A stretch of DNA of 64,000 bases from Octopus bimaculoides (taxonomy: Eukaryota): the NCBI RefSeq assembly GCF_001194135.2, contig NC_068983.1, forward strand, positions 131,785,243-131,849,242. The letters are read 5' to 3'. The notes under the pieces were generated by a model. It was given only the letters and a program-made list of their open reading frames with translations. It did no database searches and was not told the DNA's origin. The translations under genes were made by a program, and so were the position numbers. Shown here one piece after another: positions 39,568 through 51,319 of this stretch. Position 1 is the first letter of the stretch; every line of letters begins with the position of its first letter.

Positions 39568-40255
39568 TATCACCGGTTGTCGTAAAGAATCCACTTTCCA
39601 CCGCAAGTCACAATCCCGTCGAGAAACCGGTCGTTCTAGTTGCGTAAAAGAAGGGAAAACGCCACTTCAAAACGGCGTTTTTCTTTTTTTTTTTTGGCTG
39701 TCGTTGAATTCGTGCGGCATCCATTTCTCAAGTATCTTTGTTTTTCCAATCTCTTTCAAGTAGTTGGAAATTGTATACGTTACGTTTAATTCAGAAGCAA
39801 GCTCTCGAACAGTTGTGTGTGGATTTGCTTCCACTAAGGCTCTTAGTTGATCGTTGTCAACATCCGATGGTCGACCACTACGCTTATCATCTTCAAGACT
39901 ATCATCACCGCTACGAAATTTCTTGAACTACCATATTGCTGTACATTCATTAGTGGTTCCTGGGTCAAACGCATCGTTGATATCACGAGCTGTTTCAGCA
40001 GCTTTTGGGCCTAGCTTGAACTGGAATAAGAAAATTGTGCAAATTTACTATTTGTCCATGTTGTATTCAATGTTCCGGAAAAAATGGCCTAATTATTCAA
40101 AAAGAAAAAAGAAAGAGTAACATGATTAGATAGAGCGAAAAATGGGCTTTAAAATGATATATAAAGTCAAAGTAATTCATGGAAAATTAATTTGAAAATA
40201 CATCATTTAAAACTAAAATTCAAAATTTCGCAAGAACTTTCTTGACAGCCGAATG
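39568..40255 (-). mobile_element. Hsmar1-like mariner, 5' half (3'-truncated)
   Basis: FLFQFKLGPKAAETARDINDAF..FKKFRSGDDSLEDDKRSGRPSDVDNDQLRALVEANPHTTVRELA..KWMPHE..IVTCGGKWILYDNR; TIR near 40227-40255. Confidence 0.92.
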
Positions 40256-40375
40256 GTTCACACTAGATATGAAACCAATGTTTTTTTTTCTAAACTAATA
40301 TGTTGCACATACAAAAATAAACTGCTCTATAGTTTATAGGGTATGCTCTTCTCCTGATTTATGGTACTGTAACGA

Positions 40376-40420
<45 letters not shown>

Positions 40421-41344
40421 NNNNNNNNNNNNNNNNNNNNNNNNNNNNNNNNNNNNNNNNNNNNNNNNNNNNNNNNNNNNNNNNNNNNNNNNNNNNNNNN
40501 NNNNNNNNNNNNNNNNNNNNNNNNNNNNNNNNNNNNNNNNNNNNNNNNNNNNNNNNNNNNNNNNNNNNNNNNNNNNNNNNNNNNNNNNNNNNNNNNNNNN
40601 NNNNNNNNNNNNNNNNNNNNNNNNNNNNNNNNNNNNNNNNNNNNNNNNNNNNNNNNNNNNNNNNNNNNNNNNNNNNNNNNNNNNNNNNNNNNNNNNNNNN
40701 NNNNNNNNNNNNNNNNNNNNNNNNNNNNNNNNNNNNNNNNNNNNNNNNNNNNNNNNNNNNNNNNNNNNNNNNNNNNNNNNNNNNNNNNNNNNNNNNNNNN
40801 NNNNNNNNNNNNNNNNNNNNAATATTCATGCATTCACTGCGGAATAGATTTTAACGTTTAATGATAAAGAATATTTATTCGTTGCTGGCGTTTTTATTTG
40901 CAACAGCCTCTCGTTCTCGCTCGCCTCTATTTTCATTAATGATAATTTAACAATAGCTATATAACTTTGATACGAGGCGCAATTTCAAGAGTATTATGTT
41001 CCCGAAGTTTGTTAAATGAATATTTTTGATAAAATGAAAATTCTTTAATATACCGGTATATATATATATTTTTTAATGAAGAAGTGATTTCGTTGGTATG
41101 GCTACTTGGAACGCTATAAGCCTGACAATAATGACTTTGTGATCGCTGCTATTTCTTGCACGCTAAACAAGATAGTTTTTAACGAGCTTTCACTTACACG
41201 ATTTTTTTTCATTTCATATTTATTTTCATTCAATGTTTGCAATTTTCTCTCTCCCTTCCTCTCTCTTCCTCACACAAATACACTCACACTTTCTCTCCAG
41301 GTTTGATTTTGTTATTATACAAATATCACATTTGAATTTTGCAA

Positions 41345-42090
41345 TTCAACATGGGGCGTCCAAAAAGTATGCGACTGAAAAAGAAAATTTAGCAGTAAAG
41401 ACACAACAGCAGAGAGAAAGACGGGCAACTGAATCAGATGAAACAGATGTCTGAATATGCACGGAGACGTAGACATGATTCTGTTTCTGTTACACATGAC
41501 TGACTGGTTAGGGTATCTTGAGAGGAGAATATTATACTTTAAATTAATGGCGTCAGATCAGAAATTGTTGATGTAATACTAAAGAGATATTTTCTTTGGG
41601 ATCATGTAGAAGTAGTGGAGTTGAAAGCCAATCTAAGACTTCTTACAGAAGCTCATTCTGATGAAAGAGAGTTTGCTAATTACCGTCTTGACTTCTTGAT
41701 GTAGGAAATAATAACATCTCTGTTGAACAAAGCCTAGATAAATTCAAAATCAAACTACCCAATGACCTTTGCCTTGAACGTGCTACTCGCTCAGATCTAT
41801 GTAATTTTATATATGCTGACCTCACAAATAACTTCACAAACCCTGTGAGGCTTGCAAATAGAACGATTACTACTCCAACAAATGAAGCAACACAGTTTGT
41901 GAATGATTTTCTGTTGACCATGTGATTGATTTCCTTTACGTCGTTATCTAAAGATTAGCACGTGAATTTCATTGCTATGGCTATTTGATACGCTATAGGC
42001 ATTAAAATATCTCTATGTGATCGTTGATATTTTTGGCTCATCAAACGTAGTTGGACTACATTGATACTTGTTTAAAAAAGAGAGTTTATG
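41345..42090 (+). mobile_element. Internally deleted Helitron (N-terminal stub fused to a helicase fragment)
   Basis: Basic N-terminal stub (GRP / KKYATEKENLAVK..RERRATES); LWDHVEVVELKANLRL..EREFANY..LDVGN..TPTNEATQFVND; possible 3' hairpin gtagt-tgg-actac followed by cttgt near 42048-42071. Confidence 0.75.
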
Positions 42091-42859
42091 ACTGTAATAA
42101 AATAATTAAATCAATATTTACTTAGCAAGTGAGCACTATAACACGAGAAAATAATTACACTTAAAATATCATAAAAAATATTAGAATTGGGAATCAAATG
42201 TAGAAATATTACAAGGTGACTTGTAGAAAACCGCCGGGAGGGCGGTCTTACTGCTAGTAATAAATAATAGATAGTAAATACAAATGACATAGAATTGTCT
42301 GGATTCTTACTCATAATATAATTATAAAAATCCTATGTTTGTGGCTAAGAATCTCCTCAGTGTAATTTTTTTATTTATGCGGATTCACAGATTCATGAAT
42401 AGACTGAATTTAAATAACATACGTATTTGGCATTGGTATCAAAGGTATTCAGTAGTATCAATATCAGACGCCTAGGGAATACAACCGTCAGGTACAATTT
42501 CAGAACAAGAAGAATCACATCCTTAACATACACTCAGACACATTCAACCGCGCACCCCCCACACACAGATATCTATATACTCTTGATTTTTTTGATGATT
42601 CTATTCTTGATGATTCTATTCCGGTAGGAATTTTATGATAAGGTTTTAAACTCTGTTTTGTAAACCTGACAAAAGTAAGTAGTTGGGCATTGTTATCGAG
42701 TTTCTCCTTTTGGCCACTCCATTATCATCTCGTTTTTCTTCAAAGACGCCTAGATTTTCCTACCGTCCCCAAAAGGACAGTATCTCTCGGTGTCGGAAGC
42801 ACTGATTTAGATAAATAAGAGTGATTAGAAGATTTTGTCAACACTGACAAAGCAAACCT

Positions 42860-43200
42860 TTTGCTATGTCATAACTGTGCTAATATTTCTCTACGAAGAA
42901 TTTCATACTTTATTTGGGTTTCCTTTGAGACAAATACTGTTTACATTGCTACTCCTGGAAAAATATCGATAGAAGATTACGCCTCAAGAGAACAAATAGT
43001 CTTAAGTATTCAGATTCTGCTTATTTACAACATGATGTCATGTGAAGAAAGTGACTCAATTTGAAGCAGTGAACGATATTAGAGCCACGATATTAGAATA
43101 CTTGCTAGCAAAGTCATTAATGCATGTTGCTCTATCAAGATGTGTTAAGCATTGGTTAGTTTGTTGTAATCTATCAAGAGTCATATGACTCAGAATAGTT
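42860..43200 (+). mobile_element. Possible PIF1-like helicase remnant
   Basis: CHVKKVTQFEAVNDI...MHVALSRC resembles helicase motifs V-VI; only short motifs support it. Confidence 0.2.
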
Positions 43201-44418
43201 AACGTAACTAAGTGAATTAACGATGTGTTAAATCCAAAGGAACCCTTAAGAGAATCCTCAAAAGCTATTCCTAATTTGGTGCAATAATAGGGTCTCAAGA
43301 GTATAAGTGATGTTTAAACACAGGAAAAAATCAAGTGTTTCGTTATATGAGAAGTACAATGTGTGATATGGTTGCTGTGTGCAGAAGAGAAGAACAGAAG
43401 ATAATATTGCATGCGAACATGAAATACTGAGCGTCAAGGGAAAAATGAATTCTAATGAGGAAGAAAACGGTATAGAAACAAGAGAAAATGGAAGGAAATA
43501 TAGTATAATATAAAAATATACGGCATAAGAACGAAACATATAGTATATACTGACTTAAATGCATCATGGTTTAGATAAAAGCAAAAACATGTTATATAAC
43601 TTAGATTCTGTAAAAAGCATCCTGTAAAAATATACGTGCTTGTGCGCAGCGCGCGCGTGCGTGCGTGTGTATATGTGTATGTGAAGGAGTATGTATAGGT
43701 CTGTCTGTTACCGTGTATGTATGTATGTTTGTATGTATATAAAAGAATGATTGTAAAAAAGACACTGACAACATCGTAAAGGGTAGAAGTAATCTAAGAA
43801 TTGATTTATATCTCATCTGGTGTACAGTAACGTCAGTGGTGACAGTTTTCCAATGACAGTAGGTCTACTTTACTATATTTCTGAGAGGAGAGGGAAATAG
43901 AAGTACTCCTGCCTTTGTGTAGAATCAAATATCACTGAGGATTTCCTGTGAACTGGTTTTTAAATTTTATTCATCTTGGTATCCTTCACCAGGCGAAAGA
44001 TGTGTGCGCTTATACACTTACATATACAAATACACACATACATGCAATCGCACACATATTCATACATAAACATATATATTGTACACACACATATATTTCA
44101 CGCGCACATACTTAGGTATGAATATATGTACATATTACATTAGTATGTATAACTTCTCTAGCCAATATTCAAGGCACAGCAAAAAATTGCAGTGCAGTAT
44201 ATAATTGTTTGATGAACTACTCTAGCAAAAATGATAATATTAAGTAATAATAATAAATAAATAAACAACAAGAGATAAAACAGTATTGGAATTGCGGATA
44301 ACATTTACACGAATCCATCAATGCGAATAAGTTAGATTCAGTTTTAGACAATATCTGCCAAAAATAAAATAGAATTTATGGATATAAATTGTTTCAGTGA
44401 AAGAAAATGATCCAAGCA

Positions 44419-44449
<31 letters not shown>

Positions 44450-44869
44450 NNNNNNNNNNNNNNNNNNNNNNNNNNNNNNNNNNNNNNNNNNNNNNNNNNN
44501 NNNNNNNNNNNNNNNNNNNNNNNNNNNNNNNNNNNNNNNNNAGAGGGGGAGAGAGAGAGAGAGAAATAATGGATAATGAAAAATAGGGTATACAGGAAAA
44601 TATCCATGAATTGTGTTTAGGCAGGGAAAGAAACAGGTAAAGAAAGAAAGAAAGAAAGTATGTATAGCGATGTGAAGAACTCCTCGGTAAGCCACTGTTG
44701 GGTATATTCCAAACACGGAACTTACATGACTTCGCAGGCTAACAAGCACATGCTAACCTCGTATGTTTTAATGTTCCATTACCTGCTGTCGAGAAAATTA
44801 ATGTGATGACGACTATAAAGATGCTGTTGATGATAATGACGATATTGACATTAATAATAATGCGTTCTG

Positions 44870-45105
44870 CTATAGGTACAAGGCCTGAAATTTTAGAGGA
44901 GAAAGATAGTGATTATATCGATTCTAGTGCTTAATTAGTACTTATTTCATCGACCCCAGTGATCAACTGGTACTTATTTCACCGACCCCGAAATGAGGAA
45001 AGGTAAAGTCGACCTCGGCAGGACTTGAATTCAGAACGTAAAGACGGACGAAATGCCGCTAAACAGTTTGTCCGGCATGATAACCGTTCTGCCAGCTAGC
45101 AGGCT
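44870..45105 (-). mobile_element. SINE family B with an internal duplication
   Basis: tacttatttcatcgacccc occurs twice; gtcgacctcggcaggacttgaattcagaacgtaaagacggacg. Confidence 0.85.
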
Positions 45106-45251
45106 TATCAGTAACATAAAAAACAACGACGACTACGATTATGATAATGGTGGTGCTTTTTTTTGCTAAAGGGTTGCTAAATGAGGTTGACTTTACATAA
45201 TCTCGAGGTTGACTTCCTCATAGTCACCAGATGGAGGAAAACCGTTTGACT

Positions 45252-45424
45252 AACCTTATTACAGGAAAGCAATAGCACTCGAAAGCAATAGGAAAGCAAT
45301 AGAACCTTATTAAAGGAAAGCAATAGAACTCGAAAGCAATANNNNNNNNNNAGGAAAGCAATAGAACTCGAAAGCAATAGGAAAGCAATAGAACCTTATT
45401 AAAGGAAAGCAATAGAACTCGAAA
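45252..45424. repeat. 51-bp higher-order minisatellite built from GAAAGCAATAG (spans a small gap)
   Basis: Unit aggaaagcaatagaactcgaaagcaataggaaagcaatagaaccttattaa; period 51 (45263 to 45314; 45352 to 45403). Confidence 0.92.
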
Positions 45425-45878
45425 GGCTAGCCAGCTTCTTTCTACATGTACCCCTCACGCAGTGCTGCAAAACTCCTTCAGTCAGCAATGAACGGTTTCA
45501 TCACTCTACGCATCTCGAAAATTTTTGCGTAGCTGAACTATCGTAACCAGAGATTTCATCTCAGACCACTAGTGCTTCTCGGTGACACTAGCAGGCTACG
45601 ATTTCTGGAAACGATACAAAATAGTCTGCACAGCAAAAGTCCTTCGTAATGCATCCTCACTTCTTCATCGACGCCATCTTTTACCAAAAATTAGAGTTCA
45701 TTATACCGCTTAAGTGGAACTTCTATCAACCGCATTGGCCGGTGGTAGTAACGGCTCCGTGGCATTCCAGGTGCTAGGTACCCAGTTTTGGTAATTGTTG
45801 ACATAAGACTGCAGCTTCGCCAACGGGTCGAACCTAGGGGTCGTAAAGTGTATATATTACAGTGCCTGATTCTCTTTG

Positions 45879-46560
45879 TACAGGATGGGGCAGCGAGGAC
45901 TGACATTTTTGAAAAAAAAAACACTAAATCATTAATTTTAATTACAAGCAATTTTTATTGACATCAACGTGTTCATATTGGATTAGCATTTGTCAAAATG
46001 GAAACAACATCCGTCATGTGGTGTCCGTATACATTGATGCATTTCTGAAGGCGTTATTGGAGGTTGGCCTCCACTCTCTCCAGCATTGCTCTGCCGATTT
46101 GCGTGACTCTCACGCGAATAGTTTCCCTCAAATAATCCAATATTTGGGGCTTATGCGCATACACACGCGCCTTGAGGTTTCCCCACTAGAAATAATCACA
46201 CATGGACAAATCAGTGGACCGAGGGGGGGGGCCAAGGAATATCAGCAAACCGGAAAATGAGGTGGTCACTGAAAAGAGTGCGAAGGACGTCCATTGATGG
46301 TCTGGCTGAAACCACACACGTCGAATACTCATACGTTGTTTATCATCTCGAGGTAACGTTCGGAGTTCACAGTAGCAGTATTTTCCATTATTGTCTTCAG
46401 AAAATTAAGGACTACTGACGGCGCTTTTCCAACAACACAACAAACCGCCACTTTTAGGCTATGCAGTGTTCTTTCATGCAGTTCTTACGGATTTTCAAGA
46501 ACCCAATAATCACCGACTGACTTGTTTGCAACTAGTACAGTTCACAGTTATCCCAGCAGA
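45879..46560 (-). mobile_element. Tc1/mariner rosa (DD41D-like) element, 3' half with TIR
   Basis: W..ENP.ELHE..LHS.KV; TVNSERY; PWPP..PL..CDYF.WGNLKARVYAHKP; terminal tacaggatggggcagcg. The subfamily call rests on motif style only. Confidence 0.75.
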
Positions 46561-47908
46561 AAAACCCTATTTGAATACAATTTAATGTATGTTTATCAAA
46601 ATAAGAAATATCAAAAATCTCCGAACACAAACACTAAAGTAACCTGAAGTGGATACTCAAGTATTCCAAAGCGTTCTCTTCGCAAATTATAAAAAGAAAA
46701 TACAATGCTTTCATTAAATGCAGTGTGGTAAATGCATATCTTCCACGAAGCTATGTTTGAACACGTCCACTCAATATGAAATATACCACCACCACCAGCA
46801 ACAACAACGATGGTGCTGACGATGACGTTAACAATGATGACCATGATCGTAGAAACGGATTAAAAGGAAGAACAATAGAGTACAAGAGCAATGAGGTAAT
46901 ATTTCTCGATTAGACATAAAATATTTCAGTTCTCTAATACAAGTAGAGTTAAGTGCTTAGCCATAGGATATAACAGAACGTTAAGCAATAACATATTAAA
47001 GATATATAAGCACTCATAATGGATTGTGTTGAAAAATTGAAGAGCACTGAAAATAATTTTCCCCTTAAGGAAATATTGCATTTCGAAATCAATAAAATTG
47101 TGTACATATTGGTCGCATTTTCGCTTGTCTATTTCGAATGATTATATTCATTTTTGTTTTTAGTCTTCTTTTTAGTATGAATGCATTTTCTGCATTTAAG
47201 CCTGTGACATTTTAACAGCCATCGTTGTAAATATCTTCACTCCTTCCACACCTGCTAGAAAATGTTTCAACATAAAAAACGAATACCAGTTTAATTTCAA
47301 GGTAATATATGTGATATGAGTTTCATTTGCGATATAAATTAAGCTGTCAATTTCAAACAGTATTATAATTTTAAGTAGCCATATTTATAAACAAAATTTA
47401 AATAAATCCTTTATCTAGAACTGGAGAGCTAATGTGATATAGTTATTGTTTTGACTACATCCAGAAATTGTAGATGCACGGCGCAAACACTCTCTAATTG
47501 TTCCTGTGAGAATAAATCATGTGACTAAAACCTTATATCTTCCTGGGCTGATAACACTCCAGAGAAACTTTTGTTTTCCCTAAATTTCAATGTAGTAAAG
47601 TCCGTTAAGTTTCCTTTTACTCATAGATCCGACAACAATGACCGATATCCGAACAATCCACTTAAATAGAACGCCAGTCTTTAGCAAGATATTCATTTAG
47701 ATACAGCATATCAGCCTTCGCTCCAACATCTATTTCCGGATTATCCCCACAATAATTACTTTACACGGATTTTTACACGGATATTTACTACTGGAATGAA
47801 ACTACACTTCAAGTACCGTTCTCTTTTTTTCAGCGCATCACACTCTTTACCACTTCATACTAAAAATATCCGCCTATGGATATAATAATAGATTCCTTTA
47901 TTTGTTCT

Positions 47909-47958
47909 GTCTCCGATGAAGGGAAGTACTGAATCTCCCCAGAAACAGCTGTTTAGAC
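47909..47958 (+). ncRNA. Candidate minimal hammerhead, decayed
   Basis: GTCT-CCGATGA-agggaagtactgaatctcccca-GAAA-CAGCTG-TTT-AGAC; palindromic stem III, U4-to-C change, one extra base. Confidence 0.42.
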
Positions 47959-48354
47959 TCTATCCATAAAATACTTCTCCAACCTTACCATTGCTCTCTT
48001 TATCTTTTTATTTTTATATATTTACATATACACACGCTAATACACGACTTATAATCCCCAATCCTGTTCATACAACGACTGGGGCAAAATAGTCGGTATA
48101 CAACANNNNNNNNNNNNNNNNNNNNNNNNNNNNNNNNNNNNNNNNNNNNNNNNNNNNNNNNNNNNNNNNNNNNNNNNNNNNNNNNNNNNNNNNNNNNNNN
48201 NNNNNNNNNNNNNNNNNNNNNNNNNNNNNNNNNNNNNNNNNNNNNNNNNNNNNNNNNNNNNNNNNNNNNNGTTTGTTTTACACACACACATACACACACA
48301 CACACACTATCTATATATATATATATGATTAAAGTTAAGAATAAATTGATAGTT

Positions 48355-48575
48355 AGATGGAAACTGAAAGAAGCCCGTCGTATATATGTATATATATATA
48401 TATATATATATAGTGTGTGTGTGTGTGTATGTGTGTGTGTCTTTGTGACTGTGTTTGTGTTTCCACCATCGCTTCACAACCGATGTTGGTATGTTTACGT
48501 CCCTGTAAATTAGCTTCTAGGCAGTGCTCCACCATGGCTGCAGTAAACTGACTAAAACAAGTAAAAGAATAAAAG
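48355..48575 (+). mobile_element. SINE family A, 3' portion with an internal deletion
   Basis: aaactgaaagaagcccgtcg...ccaccatcgcttcacaaccgatgttgg...catggctgcag...aagtaaaagaataaaag. Confidence 0.85.
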
Positions 48576-49399
48576 TATAAAACACTTCAAAGATTTTAAG
48601 AAAGCTGTTTCATACACAGTTACAAAGATTGTGTAGGTTGTAAAATGTGTCAAAGTGAACATTATAGAAAACATGCAAAGTGATAATCATGAGAAATATA
48701 TCTTTAAAAATCTAGATATAAATATATAGTAACTGGGAAGTTATGACAATTATAAAATCACGAAACGGAACTTATGGGAATGGAATTATGAAAGTCATTA
48801 AAACATATGAAAAATAGTGTAAAACAATAGAAATTTGAGAATTTAAATTATACGGTAATGGTAATGAATGAATTCCTACTGTGAGTACTCTACTAAAACC
48901 TAGAATATAACAATATAACTAACAGAATCGCCTATAAAAGTTAAACTGAGAGTTAATGGATGTTTGATAAGGATTAATACTTGAGTAGGCGAGCACGCAA
49001 AATGGAAAATGAACAGAAACTGCGAAAGATAATACTAGTTTAACGAAATTCTATCGAAAAACATATTTGCGTCGGTGGGCATATGATTAATAATTCATTA
49101 TGTTTATTATACTGTTTTTACACCCAAGGGTTGCTAATGTTTCTAATTATCATAGATTGCGTTCAACTTGACTACCCTCGTATTGGAAACTGTTCTAATC
49201 ATGGACTAAGATACTGAATAGTCTGTATTGTTCATTTTGAAATTCTATATCAATTTGGTCATTGACAATCTCTATAAGTAGAATTGCTTATAAAGGCACT
49301 TAAAATAATGGACATGGTTATATTATCCACGCTGAAATGAAATTACTATGGTTTCACAATGCGTGGAAATAGAGCACATACTATTCTATAGACATTGCT

Positions 49400-50527
49400 A
49401 GTGAGTTAGTTTAATGGATATTTCCATGTTACATACGTTACGAGATGGAGAGATGGAAATAAAAATCCTAATAGAGTATTTACAGAGTAGCACAGGAAAA
49501 CTACCAACGGCAATAAATAAAAATAAGTGATGCAGCGTGTAATAGGAGAAAAAGACAAGAATGAAATACAAAGAGAGCACGTCAGACAATGTTGGCCAAT
49601 TTTGGAGAGCCACTGAAGCCGTATGCGGAACAAAATTCTGGGCTTGGGTTAAAAAGGGGCAATTAAAAAAAGAGACATAACCTAATTGTAGCAGCCAAAT
49701 ATCAAGCAATAAAACATCTCGGGAAAAAAAAAATATATGGAGAGAATGTGTCAGAAAAATGTAGAGCCTGCGGGACTTGGAACGAGACAGTGACATACTT
49801 TGTGGGAGAATGGTCCAAGTTGAAACAGGAAGAATATTAGAGTATAAGAAATGGAGACACGACTAGGTAAAAATTTTACACTGGAAACAATGTCACAAAT
49901 GGGGACTTGAAGCTGGAAACACATGGTACAATCACCGAGTGAAAAGAGTTTTGCAGTCAGAGAAATGTAAGGTTTTTGTGGGAGTTTTCTATTCAAACGG
50001 ACAAGAAGTTAGAAAATAAGAGAGCGGACATAACTATTATAAATAAGGAAAAGCCAAGTTGGTTACTGACCGACCCATCACGCCCGTTTGATTCCAGGAC
50101 CGTAAAGAAACAGGACAAAACAAATCCCTTAAAATTTGAAATAGGAAGTAATGGTCGTTCTGATAAAAATTGGGGCGTTGGGAACAGTAAGCCAAGATAT
50201 ATACAAGTGAGTGAAGGAGACCGGAATAGAACACCCAGTAGAGTTCCCAGAACAAGTTTGTCTCTTAGAGATATTACGGATTATCAGGAGGGTTCTAAGC
50301 ACAAGAAATACAGCTGAAAATTGTGGATACCTAAATTTACAGGTACTAACCCGCTACACACATAAATCCTATCAAGAATAATAAGAGCACCATGTCACGC
50401 ACATATGGTCGTGATGTATGTGCTTGGTGTACCCTTATCAGTCGGATATATATCCATAATGGATATATTGCGCTTCGTATATTTGTACCCCACTGTTGCT
50501 TTGAGGGCATACGCCGTTCTATCATAC
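49400..50527 (+). mobile_element. R4/Dong-like non-LTR retrotransposon, 3' piece (zinc knuckle, restriction-like endonuclease, 3' UTR)
   Basis: WAWVKKGQLKKET; KCRACGTWNETV; RHD..ILHW; WEFSIQTDKKLENKRADITIINK; ends in an (AAT)n tail. Confidence 0.85.
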
Positions 50528-50566
<39 letters not shown>

Positions 50567-51066
50567 NNNNNNNNNNNNNNNNNNNNNNNNNNNNNNNNNN
50601 NNNNNNNNNNNNNNNNNNNNNNNNNNNNNNNNNNNNNNNNNNNNNNNNNNNNNNNNNNNNNNNNNNNNNNNNNNNNNNNNNNNNNNNNNNNNNNNNNNNN
50701 NNNNNNNNNNNNNNNNNNNNNNNNNNNNNNNNNNNNNNNNNNNNNNNNNNNNNNNNNNNNNNNNNNNNNNNNNNNNNNNNNNNNNNNNNNNNNNNNNNNN
50801 NNNNNNNNNNNNNNNNNNNNNNNNNNNNNNNNNNNNNNNNNNNNNNNNNNNNNNNNNNNNNNNNNNNNNNNNNNNNNNNNNNNNNNNNNNNNNNNNNNNN
50901 NNNNNNNNNNNNNNNNNNNNNNNNNNNNNNNNNNNNNNNNNNNNNNNNNNNNNNNNNNNNNNNNNNNNNNNNNNNNNNNNNNNNNNNNNNNNNNNNNNNN
51001 NNNNNNNNNNNNNNNNNNNNNNNNNNNNNNNNNNNNNNNNNNNNNNNNNNNNNNNNNNNNNNNNNN

Positions 51067-51120
<54 letters not shown>

Positions 51121-51147
51121 TATTATTATTATTATTATTATTATTAT
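50528..51147. repeat. (AAT)n tract spanning a gap, switching to (ATT)n at about 51120
   Basis: ...aataataa|ttattatt... is a perfect inverted repeat centre. Confidence 0.95.
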
Positions 51148-51319
51148 AACGATTCTGAAAAGGGAAACGTTGCATCCAATTTTAGACGAATAATATGCCT
51201 TCCACTAATGTAGAAACTAATGTCAGCTGCTTTGGCCAGTGAACTGAGAAAAAAGTGGGTTCCTACCCCTTGAACAGAAAGGGTGCCGAAAAAGAAGTCG
51301 GAGAACGACGGATCAGCCC

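Noticed and set aside
45252-45424. CRISPR-like appearance of the recurring 11-mer
   Set aside because: The intervening sequences are themselves repeated rather than unique spacers, there are no cas genes, and the context is eukaryotic.
45430-45880. GC-richer block between the minisatellite and the rosa element
   Set aside because: Translations give no convincing transposase or other motif; it is left unassigned.
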